Source of the DNA: Acetobacteraceae bacterium
GTDB lineage: Bacteria; Pseudomonadota; Alphaproteobacteria; Acetobacterales; Acetobacteraceae
DNA: 64,000 nt
Assembly (NCBI GenBank): GCA_027449745.1
Contig: DAIDKZ010000205.1
Span: 1,798 to 65,797 of the forward strand
Reading direction: 5' to 3'
In this document: piece by piece, positions 57,201-64,000 of the stretch
How the letters are laid out: each line of letters opens with the position of its first letter
Numbering within the stretch: the first letter of the stretch is position 1
Translations under genes and position numbers: made by a program
The notes under the pieces: model-generated
Databases searched by the model: none
The model's input: the letters and a program-made list of their open reading frames with translations, nothing else
What the model was told of the DNA's origin: nothing

Positions 57201-59219
57201 ATCACCGCCAACGGCGCGGCGACGATCACCGGCAGCACCGGCAGCAATGTCTATACGCTGAACGGCGTGGACAACCTCGCGAGCAGCGGCACCGACACGG
57301 TGAAAGTGGGGCAGGGGGCGCAGGCGACGATCGCGGCAACGAACTCCCTCAGCGTGACCGAAGCAGGTGCCACCGTCTCGCTGAGCGTCACCGGCAACGG
57401 TACCGTCGGCATCAGCGGCGGCGCGGCCACCATCAGTGGCGCGGCGACCGTTGCCGGGGCAGTGAACCAGGGGCTGAGCCTCACCACCGGCGCGACCGGC
57501 GGCGTCGCCGTCACCGCCGGCGACGGTCTGCTCTCCATCGACAGCGCTGGCGCCGACACGATCCAGGCTGGCTCTGGCCATCTGATGCTGAACAGCCTGG
57601 CCGGGGCCAACGACACCGTCACCGGCGGCAGTGGCGCGCTGCTGGCGTTCGGGCCCGGCAATGTCACTTTCACCGGCGGTACCGGGTCGGCGAATATCGG
57701 CGGCTATCCGGGCAGCACGCTGGATGTCACCGCCGGCAGCGGTGCCGTCACCATCATCGGCGGCAGTTCGGTCAACTTCGTCGCCGGCTCCGGCACGGCG
57801 GACGTGGTGGAGTATGCCGGCAACGAGAACATCGTGTTCGGCAGCGGCAGCGCGACAGTCATCGGCGGCACCGGAACTGATACCTACACGTTCGCGGCTG
57901 GCCAAGGCGGCGGCACCGAGACGATCTACGGCTACGATCCGACCAAGGACCAGCTGAAATTCCAGGGTTTCACCGGCAATCCGGTGGCGAGCGAGGCGGT
58001 GACCGGGGGTGCCCTCACCGTCGGGCTCGTGAACGGCACCACCCTGATCCTGCCTGGCATCACCGACCCGGGCCTCGTCGGGCCGCAGAAGCGCACCCTG
58101 ACGAGTTCGGGCCAGACGGTGACGGGGGGTTCCGCGCCGCTGACCGTCGTCGACCAGGCCGGCGGCAACACGGTGATGGGCGGCTCCGGCGGGCTGGTGT
58201 TCAGCACCACGGCGGGTGGCGACCTGATCCAGACGGCCTCGGGGGCGACGGACTCCATCGTTCTCGCACTGGCGAGCACGGTGGTGAGCAACGGCACTGA
58301 CGTGATCAACGGCGGCACCGTGGGAGCGAACCAGACCATCATCGCGAACGGCGCGGCGACGATCACCGGCAGCACCGGCAGCAATGCCTATACGCTGAAT
58401 GGTGTGGACAGCCTGGCGAGCAACGGCACCGACACGGTGAAGGTGGGGCCGGGGGCGCAGGCGACGATCACTGCAACGAAATCGGTGAGCGTCACCGAGA
58501 CCGGCGCAACCGTTTCGCTGAATGTTGCCGGTGTTGGCACCGTCGGCATCAGCGGCGGTGCGGCCACCATCAGCGGCGCGGCGAACCAGAGCGACACTCT
58601 GACAACGAGTGCCACCGGCGGCGTCGCGGTGACGGGGGGCAGCGGCGGGCTCTCGGTGGTCAGCGGCGGTGCCGACACGATCCACGCCGGCTCGGGCAAC
58701 CTGATGCTGACGAGCCTGTCCGGTGCCAACGACAGTGTCACCGGCGGCGCCGGCGCCTTCGACAGCTACGGCTCCGGCAGCCTCACCTTCACCGGCGGTT
58801 CCGGGTCGGCGAACATCACCGGCTATCCCGGCAGCACGCTGAACGTCACCGCGGGCAGCGGCAATGTCACCCTCGTCGGCGGAAGCTCGGTGAATTTCAC
58901 GGCGGGGTCCGGTTCGGCCATCGTCGTGGTGTGGACCGGCGCCGACCATATCGAACTCGGCACCGGCAGCACGACCATCCTCGGTGGCATGGGGACGGAC
59001 ACCTACGAGTTCGCCGCCGGCCACGGTGGCGGGTCCGACACGATCTACTTCTTCAATCCGAACACCTCGACGCTGCAGTTCAAGGGCTTCTCCAGCAATC
59101 CCGTGCAGAGCCAGACCTTGTCTGCGGGTGGGCTTCGTGTGGCCCTGACCGACGGGACGCAGATCAACCTGCCGGGGATGACCACGACGCTCTCGAGCAG
59201 CATGATCCATCTGACCTGA
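54261..59219 (+). CDS. 1652-aa RTX-like (probable type I secretion substrate) repeat protein with a large unassigned N-terminal domain
   Basis: No N-terminal signal peptide. Gly/Asp-rich nonapeptide-like repeats at about 56440-56620 (GGNGGANIL..GAGNDVLQGG..GNFIFGGPGADTIIGGAGTNY). Three ...DTI.G(F/Y)....D.(I/L)... modules. Two about 379-aa tandem repeats. Low-GC leader with GGGAG upstream of the ATG. Confidence 0.85.
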   Translation: MSGTSSASAESVPAVPQPQAQGDIVGLVLQNAQGTALPSQYVSFGQVFAAGAVPPSAQLVAYVDGHTIPVQMDVKTTNADGSVAMAVLTLLQPALAAGASAGVMLSLAPAATTAPAATTAPAAATVASEMAAHGYDVAVNLAIQGGSTYTLNVANLLSAAAPGSVTKLMSGPQATEVQFQTDVTSSLRMVFNVTAYADGTFKTDVQFNNDLAMQPTGGTLTYSATITQGGATAYQVNNLTQYQYEDWNKTIYTGSAAPGVNVQHDIAYLEQNGVIPNYDYVDGAPRSYIATEATQIASAGWNAPLTSDGITQYMPMTGGRADIGPTTSTNAIWLMTQDPTAAQYALGQAQAGAGVPWNFYNPQAGTWLNTSQYPSLESTGWGSGVTTLTQGVNPTNNGWTPDVSHQPDLFYDAYILTGNQTYLDALNAQAAYGVSSLWPAMRDNAIGSTTPNNVIFGNQLRGAAWTLRQVDEAAYANRTGSAEKAYFATVMNDNWSWLASQLPSLTKLEGQAAGWIPDPYGNPLATAPWMQDYFVSTAVEAAQMGNQNAVTYLKWATNFIAGAVLNLGSDGINYNLDVYSVANAPTSNGQIYWSSATNSWAYWQPLTTWSAIEQNQQAAGNANGTSWAQSNGDFGALQMQALAGIITVTQSTEAMQAFAEIAGSGAPYTSAAAIQAQSQFDIVPRMPDGHLLTLGNLFTFDSTAPGIDRGAGTADQLIVEMGNANVTLAGGNGGANILATFGAGNDVLQGGSQGNFIFGGPGADTIIGGAGTNYMKAGSGATTFILNSAVQATDTIDGFNLSNDHIDIVGSSGQALEPEQINAIIAGATTDAAGNAVLSLGGGHLVTLDGVALSQLSPSLFAPAPAPVISGSSGAVSSTLPPPTTPPPVTSSTSGTGPMTLTSSGQSVTGGSSLLTVVDQAGGNTVTGGAGGLVFSTTAGGDLIQTAAAATDTIDLALASTVVSNGTDVINGGTVGANQTITANGAATITGSTGSNVYTLNGVDNLASSGTDTVKVGQGAQATIAATNSLSVTEAGATVSLSVTGNGTVGISGGAATISGAATVAGAVNQGLSLTTGATGGVAVTAGDGLLSIDSAGADTIQAGSGHLMLNSLAGANDTVTGGSGALLAFGPGNVTFTGGTGSANIGGYPGSTLDVTAGSGAVTIIGGSSVNFVAGSGTADVVEYAGNENIVFGSGSATVIGGTGTDTYTFAAGQGGGTETIYGYDPTKDQLKFQGFTGNPVASEAVTGGALTVGLVNGTTLILPGITDPGLVGPQKRTLTSSGQTVTGGSAPLTVVDQAGGNTVMGGSGGLVFSTTAGGDLIQTASGATDSIVLALASTVVSNGTDVINGGTVGANQTIIANGAATITGSTGSNAYTLNGVDSLASNGTDTVKVGPGAQATITATKSVSVTETGATVSLNVAGVGTVGISGGAATISGAANQSDTLTTSATGGVAVTGGSGGLSVVSGGADTIHAGSGNLMLTSLSGANDSVTGGAGAFDSYGSGSLTFTGGSGSANITGYPGSTLNVTAGSGNVTLVGGSSVNFTAGSGSAIVVVWTGADHIELGTGSTTILGGMGTDTYEFAAGHGGGSDTIYFFNPNTSTLQFKGFSSNPVQSQTLSAGGLRVALTDGTQINLPGMTTTLSSSMIHLT

Positions 59220-59229
59220 TCGGGAGGCT

Positions 59230-59265
59230 CGCCGTGCCTGGCATCGCGCGATGCCAGGCACGGCG
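59230..59265. terminator. perfect 36-nt palindrome (18-bp stem) between convergent genes, probable bidirectional terminator
   Basis: CGCCGTGCCTGGCATCGC/GCGATGCCAGGCACGGCG read directly. Lies between the stop at 59219 (+) and the stop at 59275 (-). No U-tract. Confidence 0.6.
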
Positions 59266-59274
59266 CTCCGCGAC

Positions 59275-60222
59275 CTATCGCACGCTTCCCGGGCCGACGA
59301 GCGCTTCGACCTGGCCCGTCAGCTGGTTGCCGACCAGCTCGGCCGGTGTCGGCGTTTGGTTGCGCACGAACACCGTCCGGTTCGGCAGGTCGGAGCGGAA
59401 CTGGTTGTCCCGTATCAGGATCTGCCGCGTCGGATGGCGCGTGCCCTCGGCGCCGAGGGCGATCGCGGTCTGCGGGTTGTCCGATCGAGGGCCTTTCTGC
59501 AGCCGGTTGCGTTCGATCAGCACGTCGCCGCCGTTCGGTACGTCGATCAGATAGCTGGAGTTGCCGTCCACTCCGTCCTCGATCGTCGTATCGACGATCT
59601 CGGTCCGCGCGGCGCGGGACTTGATGTGGTGGCCGACATGCTGGTGGCGGAACACCGAGCGCTCCACATGCAGGAGAGCCAACTGGCCGGCATAGATGCC
59701 GTGCGCGCAGGCCGGCGCGCAGACGCCATTGTCGATGAAGCGGCTGGCGATGATGCTGAGCGTGCTGTGCGGGGAGGCGGCGGTGAGAATGCCGTCCTCA
59801 TTGTCGATGAAGGCGCTGTCGCGCACGGTGAGATCCGGCCCCTCGACGCGGATGCCGGCGCCATTGCGATCAGCATCCCGGGCGTGCTCGAAGCGAAGCC
59901 CGACGATGGTGATGCCGGCGCCATCGATGACGAACAGCGCCTTGCCCTGGCAGACCGGCCCGGTGATCACCACCCCCGGACCGGCTGCTTCGATGGTCAG
60001 CCGATTGGCCCGCCAGACGGCACAGTCCCGATAGGTCCCAGGATCGATCACGACCCGATCACCATCGCGCGCCCGCGCCGCCGCTTGGCTCGGCGCTGTC
60101 AGCGCCCGCCCGGGCCCCACCGCAAGCACGCGGGGCTCGGCGGCGCCGACGCAGGCGGTGAGGAGGGAGGCCGACAGGGCGAAGATCGCGGCTGGTATGC
60201 TGAGCCTGATGCGGCACCGCAT
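59275..60222 (-). CDS. right-handed parallel beta-helix repeat lipoprotein (polysaccharide lyase/epimerase-like fold)
   Basis: Lipobox LLTAC. Repeated ...I.....I....F.DN..GI... beta-helix (PbH1-like) turns. Family assignment is by pattern only. Confidence 0.65.
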   Translation of the reverse strand: MRCRIRLSIPAAIFALSASLLTACVGAAEPRVLAVGPGRALTAPSQAAARARDGDRVVIDPGTYRDCAVWRANRLTIEAAGPGVVITGPVCQGKALFVIDGAGITIVGLRFEHARDADRNGAGIRVEGPDLTVRDSAFIDNEDGILTAASPHSTLSIIASRFIDNGVCAPACAHGIYAGQLALLHVERSVFRHQHVGHHIKSRAARTEIVDTTIEDGVDGNSSYLIDVPNGGDVLIERNRLQKGPRSDNPQTAIALGAEGTRHPTRQILIRDNQFRSDLPNRTVFVRNQTPTPAELVGNQLTGQVEALVGPGSVR

Positions 60223-60227
60223 CGGCC

Positions 60228-61316
60228 CTACTCGCCGACTGTTGGGCGTAAATGTGCCTGCGCGGTCTCGGCCAGGAAGCCGGGCCGTCTAGCGGTGACG
60301 GGTTGAAGGTAGCGCATGATCGGCAGTTCGACGAACCGATGGAGCAGGGAAGCTACGATCACTGCCGCCGCCGCTGCTGCAAGCCCCACGCTCCAGCCAG
60401 GGAAGAACCGAATGACGCCGAGCGATGCGAGCGCGTGCGCAAAAAGACCAATGACGATGGTGTGCACGAGATAGAGCGCGTAAGAGGCGGCGCCGAAAAA
60501 GGCGCCGATGGCCCCAACGTGCAGCCGACCGCTCCGCTCCGCCGTCGCCAGTCCGAGCAGGGTCAGTGCGGCAGCGGCGCCGAACAGGCTCGCGCTGAGC
60601 GGGCCGCCCCATGCGATCAGATTGAGGTTTTCCAGAATGCCGACGGCGAGGAAGCCGACGATACCGGCGACTGCAATCGCGATCGGACGCGACGGCGGGT
60701 GGTAAATTGCGGCATAAGCGACTGCGATTCCGGCAAAGAATTGCAGGTGATAGAATGCCGCGATGAAACCGAGATGGTCGCCAAACAACCCCAACGCCTT
60801 CCCAAGTATCGAGACAAGCCAGAGTGCAAAGGCGATCATCCCGATGCGGCGTGATGCGACGGCGAGGGCGAACAGAAGATAGAACAGCATCTCATGTTCG
60901 AGCGTCCAGGCCGGACCGACCAGCGGGTCCGTAGCCTGCGGCAGGAGCAGGAATGACTTCAGGACGTACGGGAATCCGACCAACTTCTCCGGGTCGTGTG
61001 ATAGCAGCGCCAACGTCAGAGCAATGAGCGTGACAAACCAGTAGATCGGATAAATCCGGGTTAGGCGTCGCCATGCGTAGCGACGAAATGCAGTCGGCGT
61101 TCCTATATCTGTATAATGCACGTAAAAAATTATAAATCCACTCAATGTAAAGAAAAAATCGACCCCAGCGTGGCCAAACTTGAATAAGTCCCCAAAAACA
61201 TTCTGCCCGAAATACTGAGGCAATGCCAGCATTCTGCCGCTATGATAGAGAACGACGAGCAGCGCGGCAAAACCGCGCGCCGCTTGGATGGCGATGATCT
61301 TCGATTTCGCCGTCAC
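60228..61316 (-). CDS. acyltransferase family 3 membrane protein (second copy, low-GC 5' half)
   Basis: GTG at 61316 after GGGGGA with a 7-nt spacer. IQAARGFAALLVVLYH...GVDFFF.LSGF and R..RIYP.YW motifs. Confidence 0.8.
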   Translation of the reverse strand: MTAKSKIIAIQAARGFAALLVVLYHSGRMLALPQYFGQNVFGDLFKFGHAGVDFFFTLSGFIIFYVHYTDIGTPTAFRRYAWRRLTRIYPIYWFVTLIALTLALLSHDPEKLVGFPYVLKSFLLLPQATDPLVGPAWTLEHEMLFYLLFALAVASRRIGMIAFALWLVSILGKALGLFGDHLGFIAAFYHLQFFAGIAVAYAAIYHPPSRPIAIAVAGIVGFLAVGILENLNLIAWGGPLSASLFGAAAALTLLGLATAERSGRLHVGAIGAFFGAASYALYLVHTIVIGLFAHALASLGVIRFFPGWSVGLAAAAAAVIVASLLHRFVELPIMRYLQPVTARRPGFLAETAQAHLRPTVGE

Positions 61317-61445
61317 GAAGATTTCCCCCTGCTGGGTACCCGCAAGCCGTTGCGGCCTGGAGCGTGGCGCGCCCCGCTCCTCCTTCCTCCGGCGAGTGTC
61401 GACGCATTGTCTTAAAAATCCAGTCCCAACCATAGGCAACCACGC

Positions 61446-61606
61446 CAGGGGCGCAAAGCGCTCTCTTGAGCCCGTCCCCCTCCAGGCCTACATGGAGTAG
61501 GCGGGGCTGCCCGGTGCGTCAGGTCCATCATCCCCGGGGCCAGTAAGCATTCCCCAAGGGGGCTGGCTCTGCCGTGACCGTGGTCGCGGTATCTGGCGCC
61601 CACCTG
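61446..61606 (+). ncRNA. ssrS: probable 6S RNA
   Basis: Non-coding gap directly upstream of the 5-formyl-THF cyclo-ligase gene, matching the conserved ssrS-ygfA linkage. Ends pair (CAGG-GGCGC with GCGCC-CA-CCTG). Inner helices GAGCC/GGCTC and CCCCCT/AGGGGG. CUCUUGAGCC resembles the E. coli CCCCUGAGCC segment. Exact ends are uncertain. Confidence 0.55.
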
Positions 61607-61626
61607 CACACGCAGGCCTTGGGAGG

Positions 61627-62265
61627 ATGAAAACGCCAACGGCCAGGGTGGCTCCGCACATCGACCCAGAGATGACCCCGCGCAGCACCGCCGAACCCTC
61701 CCCCGAAACCCTCCGAGCCGACAAGCGGGCCATGCGCCAGGCGGCGCGGGCGCGGCGCAGCCGGTGCGATCCGGCGCTGGGGGTGGCGCTCGGCGAGCGG
61801 CTGCTGGCCGAGCGTCCGCCGGCGCCGGGCGCGGCCGTGGCTGGCGTCTGGCCGCTGCCCGGCGAGATCGATCTCCGCCCGCTGCTCACGGCACTCGCGG
61901 CGCAGGGCCATCCGGTGCTTCTGCCGCGCACGCTGCGGCGCGGCGAGCCGCTCGAATTCCGCCTCTGGACGCCCGGCGCGCCGCTCGAGGCGGGCAGTTT
62001 CGGCACGCTGCATCCGCAGGGCGGCCTGCCGGCCCCGCCGCCGGACGTGATCCTGGTGCCGCTGCTCGCCTTTGATCGGCGCGGCGGGCGGCTCGGCTAC
62101 GGCGCCGGATTCTACGACCGCACGCTCCGTCTGTACCCGCGCGCCGCCGCCATCGGCTTCGCCTTTGCCGCGCAGGAGGTGGACGCGGTGCCGATGGAGG
62201 CGCATGACGTCCGTCTGCCCGCCATCGCCACCGAGCGCGGCATCATCGACTGCGGGACGGACTGA
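61627..62265 (+). CDS. 5-formyltetrahydrofolate cyclo-ligase
   Basis: GYGAGFYDR signature and D.ILVPL.AFD. Start is uncertain (ATG 61627, GTG 61648 or ATG 61672). Confidence 0.85.
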   Translation: MKTPTARVAPHIDPEMTPRSTAEPSPETLRADKRAMRQAARARRSRCDPALGVALGERLLAERPPAPGAAVAGVWPLPGEIDLRPLLTALAAQGHPVLLPRTLRRGEPLEFRLWTPGAPLEAGSFGTLHPQGGLPAPPPDVILVPLLAFDRRGGRLGYGAGFYDRTLRLYPRAAAIGFAFAAQEVDAVPMEAHDVRLPAIATERGIIDCGTD

Positions 62266-62272
62266 ACGACGC

Positions 62273-63088
62273 ATGCGGATCCTGTTTCTGGGCGACATCG
62301 TCGGGCGCAGCGGCCGCGACGCGGTCGCCGCCGCCCTGCCGCGGCTGCGCGCCACCCTTGGGGTCGAGCTGGCGGTGATCAACGCCGAGAATGCCAGCCA
62401 CGGCTTCGGCCTCGCGCCCGACATGGCGCGCGTGCTGTTCGAGGCCGGGGCGGACGTTCTGACGCTCGGCAACCACGCCTGGGACCGGCGCGAGATCATT
62501 CCCTACCTCGCCACCGAAAAGCGGGTGATCCGGCCGCTGAACTTTCCGCCCGGCACGCCGGGGGGCGGCCATGCGGAGGTGACGCTGGCCGACGGGCGCC
62601 GCGCGCTGGTGGTCAATGCCATGGGAAGGCTGTTCATGGACCCGCTGGACTGTCCCTTCCGCACCAGCGCCGAACTGCTCGCCCGCTACCGGCTCGGCGC
62701 CAGCGTCAACGCCATCGTCGTCGATTTCCATGCCGAGGCGACGAGCGAGAAGATGGCCTACGCCCATTCGTTCGACGGCGCGGTCTCCCTCGTTGTCGGC
62801 ACCCATACCCATTGCCCGACGTCCGACCACCAGATCCTGCCCGGCGGCACCGCCTATCAGAGCGATGCCGGCATGTGCGGGGACTATGACAGCGTCATCG
62901 GCATGGCCAAGGAGGGCGCGGCGGCGCGGTTCTGGCGCAAGCTGCCGGGCGAGCGGCTGGCGCCGGCCGAAGGCGAGGCGACGATCTGCGGCCTGTTCGT
63001 CGAGACCGACGACACCACCGGGCTGGCGAAGCGGATCGAGCCGCTGCGCATGGGCGGGCGGCTCGCTCCGGCGATGCCGCGCGCCTGA
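62273..63088 (+). CDS. YmdB-family metallophosphoesterase (2',3'-cyclic-nucleotide phosphodiesterase-like)
   Basis: ATG at 62273. MRILFLGDIVGRSGR, NAENASHGFG, GNH, DFHAEATSEK, GTHTH. Confidence 0.9.
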   Translation: MRILFLGDIVGRSGRDAVAAALPRLRATLGVELAVINAENASHGFGLAPDMARVLFEAGADVLTLGNHAWDRREIIPYLATEKRVIRPLNFPPGTPGGGHAEVTLADGRRALVVNAMGRLFMDPLDCPFRTSAELLARYRLGASVNAIVVDFHAEATSEKMAYAHSFDGAVSLVVGTHTHCPTSDHQILPGGTAYQSDAGMCGDYDSVIGMAKEGAAARFWRKLPGERLAPAEGEATICGLFVETDDTTGLAKRIEPLRMGGRLAPAMPRA

Positions 63089-63090
63089 TC

Positions 63091-64000
63091 TCAGGCGGGT
63101 TCAACCTCGGCCGCCCCGCGCACCCGCGCCAGGGCCCCTGCCATCAGCGCGATCTGCCGTGCGATGCGCGCGAGACGCTCGCCGAGCGGGCCTTCGGGCA
63201 GTTTCGGTCGCGCCGGTGGCAGGGACGGGACCGGGGCGGCCAGGGCCGTCATCGCCTCGGCGATCCAGGCGCGCCAGGCGGCGAGTTCAGCACGGCTCTG
63301 TGCGCCGGGGGCCGCGCGGTCCAGATGGATCGCCGAGAGCCGCCCGGCCATGCGCCGCAGCGCGGCGTCCACCAGCATCACCGTCTGCACCCGCTCGCGC
63401 CGTTCGCGTCCCGGCTCCTGCAGGGCGCGGGTGAGCGTCGCTTCGAGATTGTTGGTGGCGACGCCGGCGCCGCGGCGGGCCTGTTCCACCGAAGCCGCGT
63501 CCGCTTCGCCGAGCAGCAGGCTGAGTTCGGCTTCGGCGTAGCGCGCATGGGCCACGATCGCGTTGGCCAGTTCGCCGGCCAGGCGCTCCGGTTCCCAGCT
63601 CGGCCAGAGCAGCAGGTTGCCGAGCACGGCGAGGCTGCCGCCGATGGCGGTGTAGAGCGCGCGCATCAGCGCGATCTGCAGTTCCGAGCTGCCGGGCTGG
63701 CCGAGTTCGGAGAGCAGCACGACGAGCGGTGTCAGCAGCGCCATGAACAGCCCGAAGCTCGCCGCGCGCACCGAGAGTGCGGCCATCGCCAGCGGGAACA
63801 GCGCCGCCGCGATCGTCTCGGGCGTGCGGCAGATGGTGGCCAGCACGGCGGCGAACATGCCGCCGAGCACGGTGCCGCCGATCCGCTCCAGCGCGCGCTG
63901 CACCGTGGTGGCGTAGAAGGGCTGCAGCGTCATCACCATGGTGATGGTCAGCCAGTGCTGGTACTGGCCCGGCCAGGCGAAGGTGATGGCGAGCCCCGGC
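63091..64000 (-). CDS. FUSC-family (YccS/fusaric-acid-resistance-like) membrane protein, 5' end outside window
   Basis: ORF 63091..63939 stays open to the window edge. Hydrophobic N-part, then a long helical Ala/Arg-rich cytoplasmic tail typical of FUSC proteins. Confidence 0.7.
   Translation of the reverse strand, partial: PGLAITFAWPGQYQHWLTITMVMTLQPFYATTVQRALERIGGTVLGGMFAAVLATICRTPETIAAALFPLAMAALSVRAASFGLFMALLTPLVVLLSELGQPGSSELQIALMRALYTAIGGSLAVLGNLLLWPSWEPERLAGELANAIVAHARYAEAELSLLLGEADAASVEQARRGAGVATNNLEATLTRALQEPGRERRERVQTVMLVDAALRRMAGRLSAIHLDRAAPGAQSRAELAAWRAWIAEAMTALAAPVPSLPPARPKLPEGPLGERLARIARQIALMAGALARVRGAAEVEPA

Noticed and set aside
56931-59261. 776-aa minus-strand ORF inside the giant RTX-like gene
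   Set aside because: It mirrors the Gly/Thr/Ala-rich repeats, so stops are rare in every frame. Its product is Arg/Ala/Gly/Asp-rich and it runs across the palindromic terminator. The plus-strand frame has the coherent repeat and domain structure.

Overview
Very GC-rich chromosomal segment. Gene content and repeat types look alphaproteobacterial (Rhodospirillales/Rhizobiales-like); that placement is inference only. I call about 58 protein-coding genes, mostly by splitting the long six-frame ORFs at plausible starts and discarding Arg/Gly/Pro-rich antisense ORFs typical of high-GC DNA. Many neighbouring genes share 1-8 nt start/stop overlaps (ATGA, GTGA, TTGA), so most of the window is tight operons.

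Content is mainly metabolism:
- two paralogous Baeyer-Villiger monooxygenases
- IorAB-type molybdoenzyme, NDH-2, an acyl-CoA dehydrogenase/CoA-transferase operon, MaoC + CitE pair
- PHA-related genes (phaR, depolymerase-type esterase)
- copZ-copA, cbpA-cbpM-nhaA, thiL, pdxY, ispB, trmB, an isolated pqqC

I saw no rRNA, tRNA, CRISPR array, transposase or integrase. One probable 6S RNA lies upstream of the 5-formyl-THF cyclo-ligase gene.

Most interesting loci:
1. A four-gene translationally coupled operon: MFS, a metallophosphoesterase::radical-SAM fusion, thiL, MFS (5.7-11.1 kb).
2. A DUF4157 zincin / peptidoglycan-binding protein with an unrecognisable Cys-containing C-terminal domain, next to a coupled DsbA-like + small membrane protein pair (29.4-32.2 kb).
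3. A lower-GC surface-polysaccharide-type block (50.7-61.3 kb) with a 1652-aa RTX-like protein carrying a 1.1-kb internal tandem duplication, a beta-helix lipoprotein, two acyltransferase-3 genes and an asparagine synthase.

Smaller signals:
- two perfect FNR/FixK boxes
- CTAGAGCA...TGCTCTAG palindromic repeat elements that supply stop codons
- a 27-bp in-frame tandem triplication of a gene's stop-containing 3' end
- an nhaA gene with no canonical start codon

All functional calls rest on motif recognition by eye. No database search was run.
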